Shown in pieces: positions 55,353-64,000 of a DNA stretch of 64,000 nucleotides. A model generated the notes under the pieces. It was given only the letters and a program-made list of their open reading frames with translations. It was not told the origin of the DNA and did no database searches. The stretch comes from Myxococcales bacterium. GTDB lineage: Bacteria > Myxococcota_A > Polyangia > Polyangiales > Polyangiaceae. A program made the translations under genes and the position numbers. Location of the stretch: NCBI GenBank assembly GCA_043747615.1, contig JAYTOU010000007.1:1-64000 (forward strand), given 5' to 3'. The stretch's first letter is position 1. Each line of letters begins with the position of its first letter.

Positions 55353-56356
55353 CTATGTCCATTTCGCCGTACGTTGTTCAACCAGCCGCCATCGCTCCAG
55401 TCGGCTTTGCTGCCGCCGCGACTGGTCGGCCTTCGCTCTTGCCTGACGCGGGCTCGCTGTCCATCGACGGGATCAACGACGCCATGAGCATGATTTACGC
55501 TTTGATGTCGAAGCAGTCTCGGAATGACGTCGATTCAGGAACGGCGTCCCTCAAAGGAAAGCAGGGCCTTCGAAAAACGCACGAGGCCGAAGCGAAGGCC
55601 GCCCGCGAACGCCAGCAAAAGGCGGACGGCGACGGCAGCCGCGGCTTCTTCTCGTCAATTGGCCATCTCTTAGGAGACATCGTCCACAACGTCACGACAC
55701 TCCACGTTCAGGATCTGCTCACCGACGCGAAAGACGACGTGGTCGATGCCGCGAACAGCCCCAAGTTCTGGAAGGATCTCGAGTCCGGCGGGAAAGTAAT
55801 CGGCGAGGTCGCCGCCTTGGTGGGCTCGGCCGTCGCCACAGGCCTGACGTTCGGTGCCGCGGCTCCCGCGCTCGTGGTCGTGACCTGCATTGGGCTGTCG
55901 ATGATGGCGGCAGGGATCGTGGAGTCGAAGGTGCACTACCTCGAAGCGATGGGAATGGATGACAAGACGGCGGGCGCGTTCGGATTGGGGCTCAGCATCG
56001 GAGGTGCGGCTCTCACCTTCGGAGCCGGCGCGGCTGCCGGAGCTGGGGTGGCGAGTGGGTCCGTGTCTTCTTTTGCAACCAAAGGCATGATCGCAGCCGA
56101 TCTTTTGGCAGCCGAGGGCGGCATCGTCGAAGGCACGGCGCACATCGAGGTCGGTCAGTACGAAGGCCACTCCCGAGAGGCCGGCGCCGACATGACGCAA
56201 GCAAAGCAGGCGATCGCGCGCAGCCAGCGCCTTATCGAAGATCTGCTCGACGCGGTGAAAGACATCAACGACTCGCACAAGCACGCTCTTGGAACTCTTC
56301 AGGGCGCAATGAAAACCAACTCACAGACACTGGTCATAGCCAGCACGAGGGCATGA
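55349..56356 (+). CDS. Major hydrophobic translocator-like protein (SctE: YopB/BopB/SseC-like)
   Basis: N-terminal coiled coil ending GFFSSIG; hydrophobic KVIGEVAALVGSAVATGLTFGAAAPALVVVTCIGLSMMAAG and a second Gly/Ala hydrophobic block; C-terminal coiled coil; ATGA overlap with chaperone. Confidence 0.7.
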   Translation: MTMSISPYVVQPAAIAPVGFAAAATGRPSLLPDAGSLSIDGINDAMSMIYALMSKQSRNDVDSGTASLKGKQGLRKTHEAEAKAARERQQKADGDGSRGFFSSIGHLLGDIVHNVTTLHVQDLLTDAKDDVVDAANSPKFWKDLESGGKVIGEVAALVGSAVATGLTFGAAAPALVVVTCIGLSMMAAGIVESKVHYLEAMGMDDKTAGAFGLGLSIGGAALTFGAGAAAGAGVASGSVSSFATKGMIAADLLAAEGGIVEGTAHIEVGQYEGHSREAGADMTQAKQAIARSQRLIEDLLDAVKDINDSHKHALGTLQGAMKTNSQTLVIASTRA

Positions 56357-56991
56357 TGAGCACACTCACGATTACTACCGGTCAGGTCGGCAACATCATC
56401 TCCGGAGCAAACCCCGGCGCCGCTGGTTCAGGCTCCTCGGAACCTGCGAGCCTGCTTCCTGGACCTGAATCGAGCCTCGAGCAGAGCGGTGACCCAAGCG
56501 CTTTGCTCGCGGTCCTCACAATGAAAACGGCCAAGATGGATCGCGAGGCGCACACCGCGATGCGCCGTTCTGAGGAAGCTACCCAGGACAAGGCGGAAAC
56601 CGCACAGGTCTCGGCACTTCGCGACGAGGCCCATGACGCTCGAGTGGGGGCGTGGGTCTCCGGCCTCGCGACCATCGGGTCTGCAGCCGCAAGCGCGGCT
56701 GGGGCGGGCGCGGCGGCGGGCGGCGCCCGAGCAATCGCGAGCGGGATCGCTGCGGAAGCGCTCAAAGGAGCCGGACAGGTGAGCGACGGAATGTCGAAGG
56801 CCGACGAAATATTGAACGACGCGAAGGCAACGGAAGCCGAGCAGCTCGCGAATCACGCCAAGCGCGCAGTCGGCGACGAACGTGACGCAGTGAAAGACGC
56901 GAAGGACCTCATGGACAAGGCAATCGAATTTTTCAAAGAGTATTCGAGCGGGAAAAACCAGGCGATGGCCGCGGCTACGCATCGCGCGTGA
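56353..56991 (+). CDS. Minor hydrophobic translocator-like protein (SctB: YopD/BopD/SseD-like)
   Basis: LLAVL.MK..K..R coiled coil, single hydrophobic segment GAWVSGLATIGSAAAS, C-terminal amphipathic helix KDLMDKAIEFFKEY; ATGA overlap. Confidence 0.65.
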   Translation: MMSTLTITTGQVGNIISGANPGAAGSGSSEPASLLPGPESSLEQSGDPSALLAVLTMKTAKMDREAHTAMRRSEEATQDKAETAQVSALRDEAHDARVGAWVSGLATIGSAAASAAGAGAAAGGARAIASGIAAEALKGAGQVSDGMSKADEILNDAKATEAEQLANHAKRAVGDERDAVKDAKDLMDKAIEFFKEYSSGKNQAMAAATHRA

Positions 56992-57012
56992 TCTTGTGCG
57001 ATAAGCGAGTCG

Positions 57013-57570
57013 ATGAAAATCTACACGAAGACCGGTGACGACGGGACGACAGGGCTCTTCGGCGGAGCCCGAGTCAAAAAGGCCAGCGTGCGCGTCGACG
57101 CGTACGGCACGGTGGACGAGCTCAATGCGGCGATCGGTATCGCACGAGCAACAAAGCTGGAGACGATGACCGACGAGATCGTCGGACACGTGCAAGTCGA
57201 TCTCTTTACGCTCGGCGCCGAGCTTGCGTGCGTGCCCGGAAAAGAAGGAAAGCTCTCGATGAGCCTCGTGAGCCCGGACGACAGCGCGCGCCTCGAGCGA
57301 GCGATTGACGCGTCCGAGGAAGGACTACCGCCGCTCACGAACTTCATTCTTCCGGGCGGGAGCGCCCAAGCCGCCGCTCTGCATCTTGCGCGCACGATCT
57401 GTCGCCGTGCGGAGCGAGCGGTGCTCTTGATTGACGAGCCGGCGCCGCGCGCGGAGATCGTGATCTACCTCAATCGGCTGAGTGATCTGCTCTTCGTCCT
57501 CGCACGCCGCGCGAACCACATGATCGGCGTCGCCGACGTTCCATGGATCGCACGCGCCAAAAACTCTTGA
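57013..57570 (+). CDS. Cob(I)alamin adenosyltransferase, PduO/MMAB type
   Basis: KIYTKTGDDGTT, AYGTVDELN, FILPGG, ARTICRRAER, YLNRLSDLLF. Confidence 0.95.
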   Translation: MKIYTKTGDDGTTGLFGGARVKKASVRVDAYGTVDELNAAIGIARATKLETMTDEIVGHVQVDLFTLGAELACVPGKEGKLSMSLVSPDDSARLERAIDASEEGLPPLTNFILPGGSAQAAALHLARTICRRAERAVLLIDEPAPRAEIVIYLNRLSDLLFVLARRANHMIGVADVPWIARAKNS

Positions 57571-57571
57571 T

Positions 57572-58162
57572 CTAAGCGGCCGCTCGGCGGAACGCGTCGG
57601 AGCTCTCTTCGAGTTTCGCAGCGAGCATCTTGCGACCGCGGTGAAGGCGGCTCATCACGGTACCCACAGGGACTCCCAGCTCGACCGCCGCTTCTCGGTA
57701 AGAGTGCTCGCCGAGATCGATGAGCATGACCACCGCGCGAAAGCAGATCGGAAGCGCATTCAGCTTCTCCATCGTCGACGGGGTGAGCCTTGCGTGCTGC
57801 TCGGGACTGCCGAAAGCCTGCGGGGCCGTCCACGCGCAAGGGTCCGCTGCGAGCACGCGCAGAGCGCTGCGTTCCCGCCGTTGGCGGCGGTAGCGGGTCA
57901 CGAATACGCTGAAGAGAATCTGGTAAGCCCATGCGCGGAGGTTCGTCCCGAGCTCGTATTGCGGCGCGAAACGGAGAGCGCGCTCGATCGTGTCTTGGAC
58001 GACGTCATCGGCGAGAGCGGCGTGGGCCGTCAGGCGCAGCGCCCGTCCGCGTAGCTCCGGAACAAGAAGGACGAGCCCGCGCTCGAGCCCCTGCGCGTCG
58101 TGCGCGACGAGGGTGCTTCTCGGTTGGATTCGGTGGGGCGCTTCGATCTTGTGAGCCTGCAT
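57572..58162 (-). CDS. ECF sigma-70 factor
   Basis: ADDVVQDT..RA, GTNLRAW, SYREAA..LGVPVGTVMSRLHRGR. Confidence 0.9.
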   Translation of the reverse strand: MQAHKIEAPHRIQPRSTLVAHDAQGLERGLVLLVPELRGRALRLTAHAALADDVVQDTIERALRFAPQYELGTNLRAWAYQILFSVFVTRYRRQRRERSALRVLAADPCAWTAPQAFGSPEQHARLTPSTMEKLNALPICFRAVVMLIDLGEHSYREAAVELGVPVGTVMSRLHRGRKMLAAKLEESSDAFRRAAA

Positions 58163-58184
58163 GGTGTCCTCCGCAGCTCACTTG

Positions 58185-58200
58185 AGCAACGTCGGTGCCG
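58185..58200 (-). promoter_or_regulatory. Sigma-54 promoter candidate for the ECF sigma gene
   Basis: Minus strand CGGCACCGACGTTGCT, then GGAGG RBS and ATG 58162. Confidence 0.6.
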
Positions 58201-58278
58201 GCCGAGGACAGATGAATTCGCGCTGTCTATCGCATTTTTGAGTGCGTCGTGTGTGTCAAAGCGGACAACCGGCGTGGG

Positions 58279-59820
58279 TCACCGTCTCCGTTCGCGGAGG
58301 AGCTCGCCGAAAATCGTGGGCACGAGATCAGCGATTTCCGATGCGAGCAGACCGCGGTCCGCGTGCGTCTTGCTCCAGAGCTCCGCCACCGCGGCGTGGA
58401 GGTAGACGCCGGCACACGCGGCCTCGAAGGCGTCGAGCGAGCAGAGAAGCGCGCCGATGATTCCCGCGAGCACGTCGCCCGACCCCGCCGTGGCGAGCGC
58501 CGGTGTTCCGCCTCCGTTGATGACCATCCGACCCTCAGGTCGGGCGACGATGGTGCGTGCTCCCTTGAGCACGACGACCGAGCGGGTGCGCGTGGAGAGT
58601 GCCTGTGCGGCGCCAAAGCGGTCGGCTTCCACGGCGTCGGACGTCGACCCGAGAAGCCGCGCCAACTCGCCGGAATGAGGGGTGAGCACGCGAGCGCTAG
58701 GAGAGTGACCGACCAGCGACAGATCGCGCGCGACGAGAGTCAGCGCATCGGCGTCGAGCACCAGCGGTCCGGTCCATGTCGAGAGCACATGCTCGACGGC
58801 GTGTCTTGCGCTCTCATCGAGGCCGAAACCAGGACCGAGGACGACGGCGCGCTTGTGGGCGAGGGCGGCGTCCAGCGTGTTGGCGATGTCGTTGCGGTCG
58901 ATGCGCGCGCACATCACCTCAAGCACGCGTGACTCGATTGACGCTGCCGCCTCGGACCACGTCGCGATCGTTGCCGCGCCCGCGCCGGCGCGAAGGACGC
59001 CGCGCGCAACGAGCAGTGAAGCCCCTATTTTTCCAGGTGATCCGCTGAGCACCGCGACGTGGCCGGCGGAATATTTGTGAGTGTCGATCGGACGCGCGCG
59101 GAGCCAAGTCGCGACGTCTGCGCGTTCGAGAAGATCGGCTGACGAGCCCACCGTCGAGGGCACGTCTCCCGGAACACCGATTCCCACGACGAGGATTTCG
59201 CCGGCGTGCACCGCGCCGCGCGAGGTGAGAAGGCCCAGCTTGAGATGACCGAAGGTGACCGTGATGTCGGCCTTGAAGGTCGGCCCGAGGGCGACGCCGG
59301 TGTCGGCGTTCATCCCGGAGGGCACGTCCAGCGCGACGCGCGTGGCCGATGACTCATTCATGGCGACCACGGCGTCGGCGGCGAGCCCCTCGATTGGCCG
59401 ATCGAGCCCGGTCCCGAAGAGCGCGTCGACGGCGACGACCGCAAAGGTGAGAGCGGTACGCAAAGCCTTCAGATTGCCTTGATTTGCGAGCGACCGAACG
59501 ACTCCACCAAGGGCGACGAATGCGTCGTGGTTGGCGCGCGCGTCGGGCGTCAGCCGAGCGGGGTCACCGCATAGGTACACCTCGAGCGAGCGTGGCTCTG
59601 CGAGGAGATGACGCGCGACGACGAAGCCATCGCCTCCGTTGTTTCCGGTCCCGCATACGATGACGATCGTATCGTCAGACCGCTCGCCAAGGAGACCCTC
59701 GATGTGCTCCGCCGCGCCGCGCCCGGCGTTCTCCATGAGTACCAGGCTGGGCACGTTGGCGACACCAATCGCGTGAGCATCGAACGCGCGCATCTGAGAC
59801 CGCGACAGGACGGGGATCAC
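58279..59820 (-). CDS. nnr: Bifunctional NAD(P)H-hydrate epimerase/dehydratase
   Basis: LMENAG, GNNGGDG, DALFGTGL, DVPSG, TPHSGE, LATAGSGDVLAG. Confidence 0.93.
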   Translation of the reverse strand: MIPVLSRSQMRAFDAHAIGVANVPSLVLMENAGRGAAEHIEGLLGERSDDTIVIVCGTGNNGGDGFVVARHLLAEPRSLEVYLCGDPARLTPDARANHDAFVALGGVVRSLANQGNLKALRTALTFAVVAVDALFGTGLDRPIEGLAADAVVAMNESSATRVALDVPSGMNADTGVALGPTFKADITVTFGHLKLGLLTSRGAVHAGEILVVGIGVPGDVPSTVGSSADLLERADVATWLRARPIDTHKYSAGHVAVLSGSPGKIGASLLVARGVLRAGAGAATIATWSEAAASIESRVLEVMCARIDRNDIANTLDAALAHKRAVVLGPGFGLDESARHAVEHVLSTWTGPLVLDADALTLVARDLSLVGHSPSARVLTPHSGELARLLGSTSDAVEADRFGAAQALSTRTRSVVVLKGARTIVARPEGRMVINGGGTPALATAGSGDVLAGIIGALLCSLDAFEAACAGVYLHAAVAELWSKTHADRGLLASEIADLVPTIFGELLRERRR

Positions 59821-60194
59821 GGGATCTCGCCCTCCAGGATAACCACGGCCGCGGCAATTCCGCCGTCGTGGGTGATCGTCACGTGCCAGCGCTGGACGCC
59901 TGCTTTCATGGCCAGCGCGAGAGCCGTGCCTTGAAGCTCGAGGCGCGGACGACCACTTCCCATGCGGCGCACCTCGACCTCGTGCCAACCTACGCCGGGC
60001 GCACCGTCCAGCGCTTTTGCGAACGCCTCTTTTGCGGCGAAGCGCCCGGCGAGCGCGGTTGCCGGGTCGCGGCCTGCGAGATCGGTGCGCTCTTTTTCGC
60101 TGCAGATTCGAGCGAAGAATCGATCGCCATGACGCTCGAGGGCGCGACGCATTCGTTCAATCGAGCAAACGTCGAGGCCAACGCCGAGGATCAT
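59817..60194 (-). CDS. acpS: Holo-[acyl-carrier-protein] synthase
   Basis: MILGVGLD, AGRFAAKEA..KAL, V.ITHD; follows pdxJ. Confidence 0.92.
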   Translation of the reverse strand: MILGVGLDVCSIERMRRALERHGDRFFARICSEKERTDLAGRDPATALAGRFAAKEAFAKALDGAPGVGWHEVEVRRMGSGRPRLELQGTALALAMKAGVQRWHVTITHDGGIAAAVVILEGEIP

Positions 60195-60223
60195 CCTCGG
60201 CGATGGTACATCAACGAGCGCGA

Positions 60224-60955
60224 TCAGGCGCCGCGCGGGCGACCTTTTGCGATGGCCTCGCGTAGGCTCGTCACCGCCTGGCGAAGCGAGAGAAAGAGCG
60301 CGTCCGAGATCACGGCGTGCCCGATGTTGAGCTCGATGATTTCCGGGATTTTCACCAGATCGACCACGTTTTCTCGAGTGAGACCGTGCCCGGCGGCGAC
60401 CTCCATCCCCAGCCGCTTGCCCAGCTGCGCGGCCTCGGCCAGGCGTTCGAGCTCGACCTTTTTCGCCGCAGGCCCCGGAGCGTGCGCGTACTCGCCGGTG
60501 TGGAGCTCGATCTGCGCGACGCCGAGCTTCGCGGATGCTTCCACTTGCGCTGCGTCGGCGGCGATGAAGAGGCTCACCTTGATCTTTGCATCCTTCAAAG
60601 CGTTCACGTGAGCGGCGAGCGCGCTCCCACCAGCGATGACGTCGAGGCCCCCCTCGGTCGTTCGCTCCTCGCGGCGCTCGGGTACTATGGTCACCACGTT
60701 CGGCAGAGCCTTGCGAGCGATGGTCACCATCTCCGCCGTTGCTGCCATCTCCAGATTGAAGACCGACGTCAAGAGAGCGCGCAGACCGACCACGTCGGCG
60801 TCGCGGATGTGACGGCGGTCCTCCCGGAGATGCGCAGTGATCCCGTCGGCCCCCGCGAGGAGGCAAATCTGCGCGGCTTCGAGCGGATCAGGATAGGGCG
60901 TCCCTCGGGCGTTTCGGAGGGTCGCCACGTGATCGATATTGATGTGGAGACGCAT
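60224..60955 (-). CDS. pdxJ: Pyridoxine 5'-phosphate synthase
   Basis: NIDHVATLRNAR, HLREDRRHI, TTEGGLD, IELHTG, AGHGL, ELNIGH. Confidence 0.96.
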   Translation of the reverse strand: MRLHINIDHVATLRNARGTPYPDPLEAAQICLLAGADGITAHLREDRRHIRDADVVGLRALLTSVFNLEMAATAEMVTIARKALPNVVTIVPERREERTTEGGLDVIAGGSALAAHVNALKDAKIKVSLFIAADAAQVEASAKLGVAQIELHTGEYAHAPGPAAKKVELERLAEAAQLGKRLGMEVAAGHGLTRENVVDLVKIPEIIELNIGHAVISDALFLSLRQAVTSLREAIAKGRPRGA

Positions 60956-60956
60956 C

Positions 60957-63900
60957 TCAGTCGTCGGTCCCGCCGGGTGCCTCACCGAGCTCTTCGTCCG
61001 TTTTCGGTGTGGGCAGAAGCTCGCCGTTGGGGCCGTCGCGCCGAACGATGAACGTTTTCCTGCTGGAGGTGTCGGGGTTTTCTCGCGAGACGACGCTCAC
61101 GATGTTGACGCCCGGACGAAGCGGCAAGTCGGCTTCGAACGCCATCTTCTTCGAATCGGCGCCGTTGCGATTCGAGCGGTAGAACACCTTGCGCGCGCCC
61201 ACGAAAATGTACGCGTCGAGCAGACGCTCGCCGTCGCTGGCCGTGCCTTTGATGAGAGTGTGTCCGTCTCGCGTGGCAAGCACGGTCGGGCTCAGCTCGA
61301 TGGCTGGCGGAGCGTGGGCCATCGAATCTTCGAAGGCCACGACTGCGATCGCGGCTCCACCGGGATCGAGCTCGCGCGTGCGGGCGAAGCCGAATCGGCC
61401 GCCCCCGAGAGCCACCTTCACATAGTCGGGCACCGTACCGATGACGGTTGCCGCCGTCCCCGCAGGAAGACGCCCGAAGACTCGAGCGCCCGCTTCGGGA
61501 GACTCGATGAGCTCCGCCCCCGAGGCCTTGGCGTGCATCGTTCCCGATCCCGAGGCGACCGTCGTCGACGCTGCGATCGGCATGCGAACTTTCTCGACCA
61601 CCGACTCGCGCAGATCATGATCGGAAATGGAAAGCTCCACCTTTGCTTCCGTGTCCGTCAGCTGGGGCTCTACGTCGAACGTGAAGGCCACCTTGCGCGT
61701 CTCTTGTGGCTGCATGTTCGAGACGTCGAAGCGACCCTCGTGCAGAAGGAGTCCGTCGCCGGAGAGGTTGCGCAAGTTGGCTTGCGTCTCGAACGAGCGG
61801 CCGCGGCCGACGTTGCGGACGGTGAGGTACATGGTGAGCCCCTCGTCCTTCTGGACGCGACCGTCGCCGTTGCCTTTGCGGTTGTCGACGATCTGATAGC
61901 TGTAGGCGAACATCGGCCGCTCCAGCGATTTCACCGACGCGCGGGCTTCGGCGTCTTGCGGCGCGCGGCCACGGGCCTCATCGAAGTGGAGCTTGATTCC
62001 GTCGGCACGGGTGAGTGCGTCGCGCGGCACCCGGCAAATGCGGGGCGCGTCTTTGGGGAGCGGCGCGGTGGAGCCGACCTTGTGGCCCTCCGTCTCGCAC
62101 CAGCCGAGCGGGGAGGTCGCCGTGCGGCTCCTTCCGGGATCGAGCCTGCCGATGACCAGCTCTTTGTCGTTGAAGAATGGATTGTCGCTCTTGGTGATCG
62201 CGTAGAGCCTGAAGAGAGGAACGGTGCCCTTGTTGGTCATGGTGACCTTCAGATTCATGGGCTCGCCGGCGGTGACCTCATTCTGCGGACGGTCTGTCTC
62301 CACCTTCACCTCGAGGCCCGGCGGAGCGGACGGTGCGGTTGCCGCGACGACCTCGGCTGGTGCATCGCTCCAGTCGACGCCCATTCCTTTCAGCTCCGCG
62401 GCGACCTTGGCGATCTCCGATGCGCGGGCATCGCTGATGACGCTCTTCGCCGCACGAACCTGATCGAGACGCTTTCCCGGCGGCGCCTTGGCCACGAAAT
62501 CACGGCCGAAGCGAATCGGGAAATCCATGGTGAAGTTGTCGTCGGGATCGCCGCCGCGCTCGCGAAAATCTTGGCGCTCTTTGGTGGGAAGATCGTAGCG
62601 AAGGGTCTCGATCGGTCGCCCGCCTTCGTGAGCGCGCGCGTTCGACAGGCTGCGAGCGAGATCGCGTTCCTTGAGCGATCCGGTGTCGACGGTGAGGTCC
62701 ATCTCCTGATTGTCGACGGTCATCGCATCGAGCTGGATGTCGGGCGTCACGCCCGTGCCCTGGATGGAGACGTCGCCTGGCTCGGTGAGGTATTGAGCGA
62801 TGGTCAGCTTGAGGGCCGCTTTGTCGGGCAGATCATTGAAGACGAGCTGCACACTGCCTTTACCGAAGGTGGTGTCGCCGATGATGACCGCGCGATCGTG
62901 GTTCTTCATCGCTCCAGCCACGATCTCGCTCGCACTGGCCGACGAGCCGTTCACGAGGAGCGCGATCGGGTAGTTCGGTTCCGTTCCGTCGACGTGAGCG
63001 ACCTTCTCTTCGCGCCCTTCGCTCGGGTTGCCAACCGTGGCCACGATGGGGCCGTCCGCAATGAACTTATCAGCGACCTTCGCCGCCTGATCGAGCAATC
63101 CCCCCGGATTTCCACGGAGATCGAGAACCAAACCTTTGAGCTCGCCGCCCTTCTTGAGGTCCAGGAGCGCGGCCTCCAGGTCCGTCATCGTGTTTGCCTG
63201 AAACTGCTTGAGACGGATGTAGCCGACGTTCCCCTCAAGCAAGCGGTGCTCGACGCTCTTCACCTTGATCGTCTCGCGGGTGAGCTCGAAGGGACGCGTT
63301 CCCTGCCAACCGTCTGCGCCGTCGCGGTGGATCTGGATGACGACTTTGGTGTTCGGCACGCCGCGGAGGTGATTCACCGCTTCGTTGAGGCCCATGTTGA
63401 GCGTGGACTCGTGATCGATCTTCACGATGCGGTCGTACTTGCGGATTCCCGCGCGGCCGGCGGGTGTTTCGGGCATGGGGTTGATGACGGTGAGCATCTG
63501 GTCGCGAATGGAAATGACGATGCCTAGCCCGCCGAACTGGCCGCTCGTGGAGAGGTTCATCTCCTTGTAGGCCTCGGGCGAGAGCAGGACGCTGTGCGGG
63601 TCGAGGGTGTGCAGCATGCCGTTGCACGCGGCGTATTCGACCTCACGCAGGTCGACCTCGGTGTTGCGGAGGCCGTCTTGCACGAACGCGAACACTTCGC
63701 GGAGGCGGGCGCTCACGTCCCAGGGGCCTTGCACGTTGTCGACGCGAAACTCGCGCTCTTGCGTGTCGACGCGAACCTTCACGGTGGGCGCGCCTTCGTC
63801 GTGAAGGACGATGACCTGGGCCACGTCTCGCTGCACGTAGTTGAGCGCAGACAGGAGCATCTCCTTTGGCTTCACGCGCTTCGGCTCGACGTAACGATCG

Positions 63901-64000
63901 CGCACGGTCTTCAACACTTCGTTGACGACCTTCAGCTGCGTGAGATCGTAGGCCGCCTTTGTTTGCGCGGAGACCGCGGCGTTGTTGGCGGCGATGGCGG
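60957..64000 (-). CDS. Long deltaproteobacterial S41 carboxyl-terminal protease (MXAN_5808-like); 5' end beyond window
   Basis: LDPHS, FGGLGI PDZ, DLRGNPGGLL, SASASE, TFGKGSVQ, C-terminal Ig-like domains. Confidence 0.9.
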   Translation of the reverse strand, partial: AIAANNAAVSAQTKAAYDLTQLKVVNEVLKTVRDRYVEPKRVKPKEMLLSALNYVQRDVAQVIVLHDEGAPTVKVRVDTQEREFRVDNVQGPWDVSARLREVFAFVQDGLRNTEVDLREVEYAACNGMLHTLDPHSVLLSPEAYKEMNLSTSGQFGGLGIVISIRDQMLTVINPMPETPAGRAGIRKYDRIVKIDHESTLNMGLNEAVNHLRGVPNTKVVIQIHRDGADGWQGTRPFELTRETIKVKSVEHRLLEGNVGYIRLKQFQANTMTDLEAALLDLKKGGELKGLVLDLRGNPGGLLDQAAKVADKFIADGPIVATVGNPSEGREEKVAHVDGTEPNYPIALLVNGSSASASEIVAGAMKNHDRAVIIGDTTFGKGSVQLVFNDLPDKAALKLTIAQYLTEPGDVSIQGTGVTPDIQLDAMTVDNQEMDLTVDTGSLKERDLARSLSNARAHEGGRPIETLRYDLPTKERQDFRERGGDPDDNFTMDFPIRFGRDFVAKAPPGKRLDQVRAAKSVISDARASEIAKVAAELKGMGVDWSDAPAEVVAATAPSAPPGLEVKVETDRPQNEVTAGEPMNLKVTMTNKGTVPLFRLYAITKSDNPFFNDKELVIGRLDPGRSRTATSPLGWCETEGHKVGSTAPLPKDAPRICRVPRDALTRADGIKLHFDEARGRAPQDAEARASVKSLERPMFAYSYQIVDNRKGNGDGRVQKDEGLTMYLTVRNVGRGRSFETQANLRNLSGDGLLLHEGRFDVSNMQPQETRKVAFTFDVEPQLTDTEAKVELSISDHDLRESVVEKVRMPIAASTTVASGSGTMHAKASGAELIESPEAGARVFGRLPAGTAATVIGTVPDYVKVALGGGRFGFARTRELDPGGAAIAVVAFEDSMAHAPPAIELSPTVLATRDGHTLIKGTASDGERLLDAYIFVGARKVFYRSNRNGADSKKMAFEADLPLRPGVNIVSVVSRENPDTSSRKTFIVRRDGPNGELLPTPKTDEELGEAPGGTDD

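Noticed and set aside
53949..57012. Translocon-like operon as a recently inserted mobile island
   Set aside because: No flanking direct repeats, tRNA, integrase or transposase seen; the gap to the downstream core gene is only ~20 bp.
60939..63527. 862-aa plus-strand ORF
   Set aside because: Antisense to the well-supported S41 protease; typical GC-rich shadow ORF with no motifs.

Overview
GC-rich (roughly 65%) chromosomal window. Gene content points to a myxobacterium, probably Polyangiales-like (inference from the Ser/Thr kinase next to PEGA-type and Cys-rich proteins, the TonB-fused receptor, the long S41 protease and the CdnL-like CarD). The first ~0.8 kb is the right end of an integrated element: a tyrosine integrase reads through a displaced 3' half of tRNA-His. 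A partly decayed stress-gene cluster follows at 1.4-7.1 kb (frameshifted PA2169-like gene, internally deleted topoisomerase IB). At 10.7-17.2 kb is a candidate TetR-controlled lipid uptake/modification locus with three TTAC-N3-GTAA operators. Core genes include secDF-yajC, mlaFD, PhoH2, IHF, tyrS, CarD-family, PduO-type adenosyltransferase, nnr, acpS and pdxJ. The standout is a compact five-gene operon at 54072-56991 that looks like an orphan type III secretion translocon module (small coiled-coil gene, Bsp22/EspA-like tip-filament protein, SycD/LcrH-like chaperone, SctE-like and SctB-like translocators). It sits among housekeeping genes, with no injectisome genes in the window. All assignments come from motif recognition by eye; no database searches were run.
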